A DNA stretch of 64,000 nucleotides from Oscillospiraceae bacterium (lineage in GTDB: Bacteria; Bacillota; Clostridia; Oscillospirales; JAAYXM01), in contig SVMJ01000002.1 of NCBI GenBank assembly GCA_015067485.1, forward strand, positions 15,401-79,400, in the 5' to 3' direction. Both the position numbers and the translations under genes were made by a program. This document shows positions 27,367 to 35,658 of the stretch, piece by piece. The first letter of the stretch is position 1. Each line of letters begins with the position of its first letter. The notes under the pieces were generated by a model that saw only the letters and a list, made by a program, of their open reading frames with translations, did no database searches and had not been told where the DNA came from.

Positions 27367-28197
27367 TAAATCTTGTAAAAACGGTTCAAATGCCACGCCT
27401 TCAAGCGGCGGAAGCTTGTGTTCAAATGAATAGCGAATGGTTTTTGCGACAAAATCGGATGTTTTTTCAAGTGCTTCCCGTAAATCCATCCCCGCGGTGA
27501 GATATCCGCAGAGCGCGGAAGCAAAGGTGTCGCCCGTGCCGCAATATTCGCAGGAAACGTGCTCGCTTTCCACAACAAATCGAGTGTTTTCGGTGCGGTC
27601 GACCACCACGTTTGCCACGTGGTCCCCTTTTTTCACACCCGTGATGATCACCTGCTTGGGTCCCATGTCCGCAAGCGTCTCTGCAAGCGCAAAGATTTTG
27701 TCATACCCCTCGGTTTCGATATGCCCGTGATAGGATTCGCCCGTGAGCAGACACGCTTCGGTCAAATTCGGCGTAATCACATCCGCATGACAGACCAAAT
27801 CACGCATTTTATCCACAAGTTCCGCGGTGCAAGTGGTATAAAGTTCGCCATGATCCGCCATCGCAGGATCTACGAAGAGCAGCGTATCTGCCGTGCGGAA
27901 CTGTTCCACGAATTCCAAAATCGCCTCCACCTGCTTCTCACTGCCGAGAAATCCGGTGTAGATCGAGTCAAACTCCAACCCAAGGCGGCTCCAATGCGAT
28001 GCATATTCACGCATACGGTCGGTATAGTCTTCAAAATAGAAATGTTCAAACCCGGTGTGGTTGGATAAAATCGCGGTCGGGAGTGCACACGCCTGAATCC
28101 CAAGCGCGCTGAGAACAGGAATTGCCACGGTGAGCGAGCAACGCCCAAAGCCGGACAGGTCATTGATGACCGCACAGCGTTTGATCGGCTGATTCAT
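27364..28197 (-). CDS. pdxK: Pyridoxal/pyridoxamine kinase (PdxK/PdxY family)
   Basis: RCAVINDLSGFGRCSLTVAIPVLSALGIQACALPTAILSNHTGF... with a C-terminal GTGDTFASAL. ATG at 28197 lies 8 nt after AAAGGAG. Confidence 0.8.
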   Translation of the reverse strand: MNQPIKRCAVINDLSGFGRCSLTVAIPVLSALGIQACALPTAILSNHTGFEHFYFEDYTDRMREYASHWSRLGLEFDSIYTGFLGSEKQVEAILEFVEQFRTADTLLFVDPAMADHGELYTTCTAELVDKMRDLVCHADVITPNLTEACLLTGESYHGHIETEGYDKIFALAETLADMGPKQVIITGVKKGDHVANVVVDRTENTRFVVESEHVSCEYCGTGDTFASALCGYLTAGMDLREALEKTSDFVAKTIRYSFEHKLPPLEGVAFEPFLQDL

Positions 28198-28252
28198 ATT
28201 CCCCACTCCTTTCGTCTTACCACATTATACAACAGGAATCTTAGAAACACAA

Positions 28253-28280
28253 GAAAAACGACGGCAGAGCCGTCGTTTTT
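28253..28280 (-). terminator. Terminator after the M23 peptidase gene
   Basis: On the minus strand: ACGACGGC-TCT-GCCGTCGT followed by TTTTT. Confidence 0.7.
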
Positions 28281-29906
28281 TTACGAAATGTAGCGCCACG
28301 GGTTGACGCTCTTGCCGTTTTTACGCACTTCGAAGTGACAGTGCGGACCCGTACTGTTCCCGGTGCTGCCAACCGCACCGATTTTCTGACCGCGCGAAAC
28401 TTTCTGCCCCACACGCACGTTGTTGGCCGAGTTATGTGCGTAATATGTGGTCAGCCCGTTTCCGTGGTTGATGATAATCAGTTTTCCGTAAGCACCCTTA
28501 TACCCCGAGAACGTAACCGTACCGCCGTCAGCCGCGTAGATCGGCGTGCCTGCACTGACTGCAAGGTCAACGCCGCTGTGGAATCCGCTCTTACGGTAGC
28601 CGTAATCCGAGTAGACGATCGCACCGCTGACCGGGCGAATGAAACTGCCGGTCGCAACCCCGTCTCCCGACGGACTCATGCGGCTCGCCTTAGGAAGCGG
28701 CTTTGTGCCAACCTGTACCACGCGGTCCACAGGTGCTTTCAGCATCTCATAGGACACCTGCTCACTTGCGACCGCCTGACCGTCACGGTAGGTGGTGTTC
28801 ACGGTCACGCGTGCATTGCCGCGCGCCCCGTTTTGAGTTACCTTTTGTGTTCCCACATACATGGATGCGTTTTTCTCTTCCACGGTCTTGTAATCAACCG
28901 ACTGAATATCGCTGGTCTGCACGATCGTTTCCACAGAGAGGAACGGGATCGCTTCACTCACCAAGAGTTGTTTTCCGCGACGCATCGGGGTCTCGGGATT
29001 CATTTCTTTCAGTTGTTCCACCGAAAGCCCGTGCTCATGCGCGATTTTCTCCCACGAATCTCCACGGACGATGGTGTAATACTGTTCTGTTTGAATTTCA
29101 CCCGAAAGGGTGGTTTTGAGTTCATCCGCAGAGCAGATGAGCGAGGTCTCCGCAACTGTTTTTTCAATCTTCACGTCACGGTTATACGAAGTTTTGAGTA
29201 CAGTACCGTTTGTTTTAAGCGCAGAAAATTCATTGAGCGCTGCGCGCAGGGTTTCTTCATTGTAACTTGCACCCACTGCTTTTCCGTCCACCGTGAGTAC
29301 GTAGAGATCGGAAATTTCACTCACTGCCGAAACCAACACCTGTTCAATTTCAGCACTGGTCAGCACCTTTTCACGTTCAACCACGCCGAACGACAACGTC
29401 ACGTTGGGGTTTAATCCATAAGGACGACCGAGTGCCGCACTCACCTGAGATTCCACGCTCTCGATCGCACGGGAGAGATCATCCGAATGCATCAAATATC
29501 CGACTTCCTGCCCGTTTACCCGAAGCGAGAAGCCAAGACCAAAGAACGTGACCGAGATCGCAGCCGCGGTAACCGATGCCATGATGCTCGCCGCGGTGAT
29601 GCGATTCGCCTTGAGGCGCCCTGCGGATACACGCACGGTATGCGCAAGGCATACGGTTTCAAACCAAAGGCGACGCGCGCATCGCGCACTCACATCTGCG
29701 AGTGCAAATAAATACAAAACAGAAGGGATGAGAACATCCTTCTTGGCACGCGCGCTAAATTCGACTGCCCATTCGGACAAACGGTAACTCTGGCGGGCAA
29801 ACCAATCCCACGCCTTTGTCCACAAACCCGACCCGATGCGCGGGATAGTACGGACCGACGGGACGGTATAAACGCCTACATCCTCTCTTGCGGATTTCCG
29901 TGCCAT
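28281..29906 (-). CDS. M23-family metallopeptidase with LysM and G5 domains
   Basis: LysM (YTIVRGDSWEKIAHEHGLSVEQLKEMNP). G5 (VEEKNASMYVGTQKVTQNGARGNARV..VQVGTKP). M23 catalytic motifs HSGVDLA and GSTGNSTGPHCHFEV. An N-terminal membrane anchor is present. Confidence 0.85.
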   Translation of the reverse strand: MARKSAREDVGVYTVPSVRTIPRIGSGLWTKAWDWFARQSYRLSEWAVEFSARAKKDVLIPSVLYLFALADVSARCARRLWFETVCLAHTVRVSAGRLKANRITAASIMASVTAAAISVTFFGLGFSLRVNGQEVGYLMHSDDLSRAIESVESQVSAALGRPYGLNPNVTLSFGVVEREKVLTSAEIEQVLVSAVSEISDLYVLTVDGKAVGASYNEETLRAALNEFSALKTNGTVLKTSYNRDVKIEKTVAETSLICSADELKTTLSGEIQTEQYYTIVRGDSWEKIAHEHGLSVEQLKEMNPETPMRRGKQLLVSEAIPFLSVETIVQTSDIQSVDYKTVEEKNASMYVGTQKVTQNGARGNARVTVNTTYRDGQAVASEQVSYEMLKAPVDRVVQVGTKPLPKASRMSPSGDGVATGSFIRPVSGAIVYSDYGYRKSGFHSGVDLAVSAGTPIYAADGGTVTFSGYKGAYGKLIIINHGNGLTTYYAHNSANNVRVGQKVSRGQKIGAVGSTGNSTGPHCHFEVRKNGKSVNPWRYIS

Positions 29907-29926
29907 GTTCTCACCTGCCTCTCAAA

Positions 29927-29956
29927 GTAACAATCTGTAACAATTAGTAACATTGT
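29927..29956. repeat. Three tandem 10-bp repeats GTAACAAT(N2) in the divergent M23/feoA control region
   Basis: GTAACAATCT GTAACAATTA GTAACATTGT occupy 29927-29956 at one helical-turn spacing. Confidence 0.5.
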
Positions 29957-30066
29957 ACAATAATTACCAGCTGATGTCAAGTGTTTCGGGCGAGATACTT
30001 ACGCACAGAATTCAGAAAAAAACATATAGTGAAAACAGGAACTTTCTTTATCATTGGAGCGATCAT

Positions 30067-30300
30067 ATGAAACCCTTGTCTACTCTTCCGATGGGAGCGC
30101 GCGCGCGAGTGATCTCGGTAGTCGGACGCGACTCTCTAAGGCACCGATTGCGGGATTTCGGACTCATTTTCGGGACCGAGATCATTCCACTCCACCGCGC
30201 GCCGTTTGGTGACCCAATCGCATATCTGATACGCGGAGCGGTAATTGCACTTCGCGGCGAAGATGCTGAAAATATACTCGTTTCTCCTATCAATCAGTAA
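30067..30300 (+). CDS. feoA: Ferrous iron transport protein A
   Basis: MKPLSTLPMGARARVISVVG...LRDFGLIFGTEIIPLHRAPFGDPIAYLIRGAVIALRGEDA is a FeoA SH3-like domain. TGGAG RBS lies 8 nt upstream. Confidence 0.8.
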   Translation: MKPLSTLPMGARARVISVVGRDSLRHRLRDFGLIFGTEIIPLHRAPFGDPIAYLIRGAVIALRGEDAENILVSPINQ

Positions 30301-30314
30301 AAAGGAGTGGTTTT

Positions 30315-32144
30315 TTGGATGAATTTGTAACACTTCCGACCGTGGCTCTCGTGGGAAATCCCAACGTTGGAAAGAGTACGGTATTCAATGCACTCACAGG
30401 ACTCAAACAGCACACAGGCAACTGGACGGGGAAAACCGTGGATAGCGCAGTCGGTACGGTGTCATACCGTGGCGACCGCTTCCGACTGGTGGACCTGCCC
30501 GGTACATACTCACTCTCTCCCGCATCCCCTGAAGAAGAAGTCACGCGCGATTTTCTGTATCACGCGTCTCCCGACGCGGTAGTCGTGGTGGCGGACGCAA
30601 CTTGTTTGGAACGCAATCTCGCACTGGTATTGCAAGTGCAGGCGGTTACAAACTCTGTAATCTTATGTATCAATTTACTCGACGAAGCACAAAAAAAGAG
30701 CATCTCCATCGATCTGGAAGGACTCTCAAAAACACTTGGGATTCCGGTTGTCGGCACATCCGCACGCGATGGATGCGGGCTTTGTGATCTGATGCGTGAA
30801 GTGAAAACCGTTTGTTCTCTTCCAAACGCTAAGCCGTCCACAAAAACCCAAACCGACCCCGCCGACTTTACCCGCCATGCGGAAGAAATTTACAAAACCT
30901 GCGTCACGCAATCTCCATCCCGTCGTGCGAATCTCGACCGTACGGTCGACCGACTTCTCACTTCCAAATACACAGGCATTCCGCTGATGGTGTTGTTTCT
31001 CGGTGTGATTTTATGGCTCACCGTAGTAGGTGCAAACTACCCGTCCGCACTCCTTTCCCATCTCTTCACCGCACTCGAACCTAAGTTTGCCGCACTTCTC
31101 ACTGCACTTCATTTACCGCAAATCGTTGTGGATGCTCTCTCAGCCGGAATGTTTCGCACCACGGGCTGGGTGGTTGCGGTCATGCTCCCTCCCATGGCAA
31201 TCTTCTTCCCGCTCTTTACCTTGCTGGAAGACGTGGGCTATCTCCCGCGCATCGCGTTTAATTTGGACCATTGCTTCCACTGCGCCCGCGCACACGGCAA
31301 GCAAGCGCTCACCATGTGCATGGGGTTTGGCTGTAACGCGTGCGGCGTGGTGGGGTGTCGCATCATCGACTCTCCCCGTGAGCGCATGATTGCGATTTTG
31401 ACCAACGTCTTTGTCCCGTGCAACGGACGTTTCCCAACGCTCATTACACTTATCACAGTATTTTTTGCAGGATCAAATGCACTTTTTTCTTCCTTTTTAC
31501 TGATACTTCTTATTGTTTTTGCGGTTTTGATTACTTTTTTGGTATCATACTTTCTCTCAAACACCGTTCTGCGCGGAATGCCATCATCCTTCGTTTTAGA
31601 GCTTCCCCCGTATCGCCGCCCGCAGATTGGAAAAGTACTGGTCCGCTCGCTGCTTGACCGCACGCTCATCATTCTGTGGCGCGCGATCACGGTCGCTGCC
31701 CCATTTGGACTGATTCTTTGGATTTTTGCAAATGTCCGTGTGGGCGATACTTCCATCCTGCTTCATCTTGCGAATTTTCTTGACCCGTTCGGGCATCTCA
31801 TCGGACTTTCCGGCGTGATTTTGGTGGGGTTTTTACTCGGTTTCCCCGCAAATGAGATCGTACTCCCCATTATTTTGATGTGTTATCTTGCGGGAAGCGG
31901 GCTTTCCGAATATGAATCCATGTCGTCGCTCCATACAATTTTGGTGCAAAACGGATGGACGTTTTCCACCGCGCTTTGCACCATACTCTTCTCATTATGT
32001 CATTTTCCGTGTGCGACCACCTGTCTCACCATATGGAAAGAAACCAAAAGCATCCGTTGGACACTTCTTTCCATCCTGCTCCCCACCTTGGTCGGCATCA
32101 CGCTCTGTCTGACGGTGTCCACCTTATTTCGCCTATTTACCTAA
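30315..32144 (+). CDS. feoB: Ferrous iron transporter FeoB
   Basis: G-domain VALVGNPNVGKSTVFNALTG, DLPG, then a polytopic permease region. TTG start at 30315 lies 7 nt after AGGAG. Confidence 0.9.
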   Translation: MDEFVTLPTVALVGNPNVGKSTVFNALTGLKQHTGNWTGKTVDSAVGTVSYRGDRFRLVDLPGTYSLSPASPEEEVTRDFLYHASPDAVVVVADATCLERNLALVLQVQAVTNSVILCINLLDEAQKKSISIDLEGLSKTLGIPVVGTSARDGCGLCDLMREVKTVCSLPNAKPSTKTQTDPADFTRHAEEIYKTCVTQSPSRRANLDRTVDRLLTSKYTGIPLMVLFLGVILWLTVVGANYPSALLSHLFTALEPKFAALLTALHLPQIVVDALSAGMFRTTGWVVAVMLPPMAIFFPLFTLLEDVGYLPRIAFNLDHCFHCARAHGKQALTMCMGFGCNACGVVGCRIIDSPRERMIAILTNVFVPCNGRFPTLITLITVFFAGSNALFSSFLLILLIVFAVLITFLVSYFLSNTVLRGMPSSFVLELPPYRRPQIGKVLVRSLLDRTLIILWRAITVAAPFGLILWIFANVRVGDTSILLHLANFLDPFGHLIGLSGVILVGFLLGFPANEIVLPIILMCYLAGSGLSEYESMSSLHTILVQNGWTFSTALCTILFSLCHFPCATTCLTIWKETKSIRWTLLSILLPTLVGITLCLTVSTLFRLFT

Positions 32145-33500
32145 AAACGGAAGGTATCCCAAAATCAACACCACACCGAGCAAAATCGGTAAGATGAATT
32201 TCAGATAGAAGTACGCGATTTTGGGGAATTTTATCCCATCACCCGCATTTGCTTCTTCTAAAAATTTGGAATATCCCCATCCGCGTTTGGAGACACACAA
32301 CCACAAAAAGCACAGACAACCAAGCGGCAGGAGTGTGTTTGACACCAAAAAGTCCTCTAAATCCAAAATGTTACTTCCGCTTCCAAGCGGTTGGAATTTG
32401 CTCCACGCGGTAAAGCCGAGCACGCACGGAACAGACAGAAGCGGGAGCAACACCGCGTTGATGATCACCGCGCGGCGGCGGGACACCCCCTTGAGATCCA
32501 TCCAGAAACGGATGATGTTTTCAAACACCGCAATCACGGTGGAAAGTGCCGCAAAACTCATACAAAGGAAGAAAAGCGTGCCCCAAATCCGCCCGGATGT
32601 CATCTTTTCAAACACATTCGGCATGGTTACAAAGAGCAGTCCGGGTCCTTGCCCCGCATCCAGTCCGAATGAGAAACATGCCGAGAACACGATCACGCCT
32701 GAAAGAAGCGCGATGAGCGTGTCCATCGCGGTAATGCGTACCGCTTCCCCGAGCAGTCTGTGCTCGCGTCCGATGTAACTGCCGAACACCGAGACCGAAC
32801 CCACACCCACGCTGAGTGTAAAGAGCGCTTGCCCCATTGCTGCGGAAAGCACCGTGCCCCAGCCATGCTCACGCACACGGGAAAAATCGGGCAAAAGGTA
32901 AAATCCAAGACCTTTTTCCGCATTCGGAAGGCGCACACAATGCACCGCAAGCAAAATCATCAGCACAAACAGCGCGACCATCATGACTTTTGTTACTTTC
33001 TCCACGCCCTTTTCCAAACCGAATGCACAGACCAAAAGCCCGATGGCGACTGAAAGAAACATCCATCCGATCATCTCCGCGGTGTTCCCCTTGAGTGCGG
33101 AAAACACATTTGCAATTTCTGCACTTTCCATCCCGGAAAAGCCGCCGCTGAATGTTTTCCAAAGGTATGCAAGCACCCAGCCGCACACCGTGGTGTAAAA
33201 CATCATGAGCAGATAGTTGCCTGCAATCGCGATGACGGGCTGGAGTTTTGACACGGTTTTATCGGAACTCAGCGCGGAAAACGAGGTCGCCGCGCTCTTT
33301 CGGCTTGCACGCCCCACCGAAAGTTCCATCACCGCAAGCGGGATCCCGATGAGTGCAAGAAACATCAGATACAAAAGCAGTACTACCGCGCCACCGTATT
33401 CCCCGATGACATACGGAAAACGCCATACGTTTCCAAGCCCGATGGCGCAACCCGCAGTAATGAGCAGAAACCCGAGACGGGTGGAAAATTGTTCTCGCAT
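32133..33500 (-). CDS. Sodium-dependent transporter, NSS/SNF family
   Basis: FLLITAGCAIGLGNVWRFPYVIGEYGGAVVLLLYL is the hallmark NSS N-terminal motif. About 11-12 TM segments. Confidence 0.85.
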   Translation of the reverse strand: MREQFSTRLGFLLITAGCAIGLGNVWRFPYVIGEYGGAVVLLLYLMFLALIGIPLAVMELSVGRASRKSAATSFSALSSDKTVSKLQPVIAIAGNYLLMMFYTTVCGWVLAYLWKTFSGGFSGMESAEIANVFSALKGNTAEMIGWMFLSVAIGLLVCAFGLEKGVEKVTKVMMVALFVLMILLAVHCVRLPNAEKGLGFYLLPDFSRVREHGWGTVLSAAMGQALFTLSVGVGSVSVFGSYIGREHRLLGEAVRITAMDTLIALLSGVIVFSACFSFGLDAGQGPGLLFVTMPNVFEKMTSGRIWGTLFFLCMSFAALSTVIAVFENIIRFWMDLKGVSRRRAVIINAVLLPLLSVPCVLGFTAWSKFQPLGSGSNILDLEDFLVSNTLLPLGCLCFLWLCVSKRGWGYSKFLEEANAGDGIKFPKIAYFYLKFILPILLGVVLILGYLPFLGK

Positions 33501-33545
33501 ATTCTTCCTCCAAAAAAAGAGACGGGGTTGCCCGTCTCTATTTTT

Positions 33546-33980
33546 CTATTCGTGGTGATGCCCGCAGCACTGCGCACAGTTGCCGCCGCAGCCCAGAATG
33601 CCTGTGGTGTCAAGACCCTGTTTTTCGTAATAATCCGCAATCGCGGCTTTGATGGCTTCTTCCGCCAAAACCGAGCAATGAATCTTTTCGGGCGGAAGTC
33701 CGTCAAGCGCTTCCACGACCGCCTGATTGGTGAGCTTCAGCGCGTCTTCCACGGATTTGCCCTTGACCATTTCGGTCGCCATACTGGAGGTCGCAACCGC
33801 CGCACCGCATCCAAAGGTTTTGAACTTGGCGTCCGTGATGATCCCGTCTTCGATTTTGAGATACATTTTCATAATATCGCCGCATTTGGCGTTACCGACT
33901 GTTCCAACCGCGTTTGCACCGTCGAGTTCACCCACGTTGCGCGGATTGGAGAAGTGGTCGAGTACTGCTTCACTATACAT
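33546..33980 (-). CDS. nifU: Fe-S cluster assembly scaffold NifU/IscU
   Basis: VLDHFSNPRNVGEL...GNAKCGDIMKMYL...FKTFGCGAAVATSS. Confidence 0.9.
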   Translation of the reverse strand: MYSEAVLDHFSNPRNVGELDGANAVGTVGNAKCGDIMKMYLKIEDGIITDAKFKTFGCGAAVATSSMATEMVKGKSVEDALKLTNQAVVEALDGLPPEKIHCSVLAEEAIKAAIADYYEKQGLDTTGILGCGGNCAQCCGHHHE

Positions 33981-33992
33981 GGTTTTTCCCCC

Positions 33993-35177
33993 TTATTCGG
34001 CGTGCCACGCCGGTTTTCCGTTTTCCCAAACCGGCGACATATTGCGCAGATGGGAAACCACTTGAGGCAGAGCCTCTAAAATATGATCCACGTCTGCATC
34101 GGTAGTCATCTCCCCGAGCGACAAACGCAGAGAGCCGTGTGCAATGTGATGCGGAAGCCCGATTGCGAGCAACACGTGCGACGGGTCGAGATCCCCAGAT
34201 GAGCACGCAGACCCGGACGATGCACACACGCCCGCCTGATACAGATTCAGAAGAAGTGCTTCCCCTTCGATCCCCTCAATGCAGAAACTTGCAAGCCCGG
34301 GCAGACGGTTCTCACGCGGTCCGGTCAGGAAAGTATACGGGAGTTTTTCAATTTCCTCGATCAAACGGTCGCGCATTTTGGAAAGTCGCGCAGCATTTTC
34401 GGAAAGATGTTCTTTTGCAAGACGTGCCGCCTCGCCAAGCCCCACGATGTACGGGACATTTTCGGTGCCCGCACGTTTTCTGCGCTCCTGCCCACCGCCG
34501 TGGATGAGCGAGCCAATGCGCACACCTTTTCTCATATACATCGCGCCAACACCCTTGGGGGTGCCGAATTTATGCCCCGACAGGGAGAGAAGATCGATTT
34601 TCATCGCTTCTACATCGATTTTCACGTGTCCGACGGCTTGTACCGCGTCGGTATGGAACAAAATCCCATGCTCACGTGCAACCTCACCGATTTCCGCAAT
34701 CGGCTGAATGGCACCGATCTCATTATTTGCAAACATGACAGAAATTAACACGGTTTCCGGGCGGATTGCGGCTTTCAGCTCGTCCAAAGAAATAAGCCCC
34801 TGCGCGTTTACACCAAGATAAGTAACTTCCGCCCCGCGCTTTTCCAGCGCCTGGCAGGTGTGAAGCACTGCATGATGCTCAATCGCGGTGGTGATGATGT
34901 GCGGTTTTTCGGTTTTGCTCGCATCCACCGCACCTTTGATCGCCCAGTTGTCGGATTCCGAACCGCAACTGGTGAAATAAATTTCTTTTTCGTTTGCACC
35001 GAGCAGGTCCGCTACCTGCTTGCGCGCGGTATCGACCGCGATTTTTGCCTTGTAGGCAAACGGATATAAACTGGACGGGTTTGCGTAGTTTTCCGCCAGA
35101 TACGGAAGCATTGCTTCCAAAACCTGCGGCTTGACAGGTGCTGTCGCCGCGTGGTCTGCATAAACAAGATTTGGCAC
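33993..35177 (-). CDS. nifS: Cysteine desulfurase NifS
   Basis: VYADHAATAP...SLSGHKFGTPKGVGAMY (PLP lysine)...SSGSACSSG (active-site Cys). Confidence 0.9.
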   Translation of the reverse strand: MPNLVYADHAATAPVKPQVLEAMLPYLAENYANPSSLYPFAYKAKIAVDTARKQVADLLGANEKEIYFTSCGSESDNWAIKGAVDASKTEKPHIITTAIEHHAVLHTCQALEKRGAEVTYLGVNAQGLISLDELKAAIRPETVLISVMFANNEIGAIQPIAEIGEVAREHGILFHTDAVQAVGHVKIDVEAMKIDLLSLSGHKFGTPKGVGAMYMRKGVRIGSLIHGGGQERRKRAGTENVPYIVGLGEAARLAKEHLSENAARLSKMRDRLIEEIEKLPYTFLTGPRENRLPGLASFCIEGIEGEALLLNLYQAGVCASSGSACSSGDLDPSHVLLAIGLPHHIAHGSLRLSLGEMTTDADVDHILEALPQVVSHLRNMSPVWENGKPAWHAE

Positions 35178-35192
35178 GCCGGTTCTTCCTTT

Positions 35193-35648
35193 CTACTGAT
35201 GCTCGCTTTTCAGATACGCTTGGGACTGTGCGACCGCAAGCGCATCGCAACGGTTGTTGTACGGATTTTCCGCATGACCCTTAACCCACATAAATTCGCA
35301 CTCGTGTTCTTCGAGCAGATGTAAGAGTTTTTCCCACAGATCCGGGTTGAGTGCGCGGTCTTTTTTGTTCCGCATCCAACCGTTTTCACGCCATCTGATT
35401 GCCCATCCCTGGTTGATGGCGTCTACCAAATACCGACTGTCGCTGTATACCGTAACGGCGCAGGGTTCTTTGAGACGGGAGAGCCCTTCGATGACCGCAA
35501 GAAGTTCCATCCGATTGTTGGTGGTCATCTCCTCGCCGCCCGAAAATTCACGCTCAACTTCGCGATATACCAAGATCGCACCCCAGCCGCCCGGCCCGGG
35601 ATTCCCCGAGCAGGCGCCGTCGGTGTATAAGGTTACTTGCTTTTTCAT
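35193..35648 (-). CDS. rnhA: Ribonuclease HI
   Basis: MKKQVTLYTDGACSGNPGPGGWGAIL...TTNNRMELLAVIEGL...VYSDSRY...WVKGHAENPYNNRCDALA. ATG at 35648 follows AGAGGAAA, 10 nt after the gyrA stop. Confidence 0.85.
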   Translation of the reverse strand: MKKQVTLYTDGACSGNPGPGGWGAILVYREVEREFSGGEEMTTNNRMELLAVIEGLSRLKEPCAVTVYSDSRYLVDAINQGWAIRWRENGWMRNKKDRALNPDLWEKLLHLLEEHECEFMWVKGHAENPYNNRCDALAVAQSQAYLKSEHQ

Positions 35649-35658
35649 AGGATTTCCT

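Noticed and set aside
29907-30066. Fur box upstream of feoAB
   Set aside because: No 7-1-7 inverted repeat resembling TGATAATNATTATCA is present. Only the GTAACAAT direct repeats were found, and these are reported as a finding.
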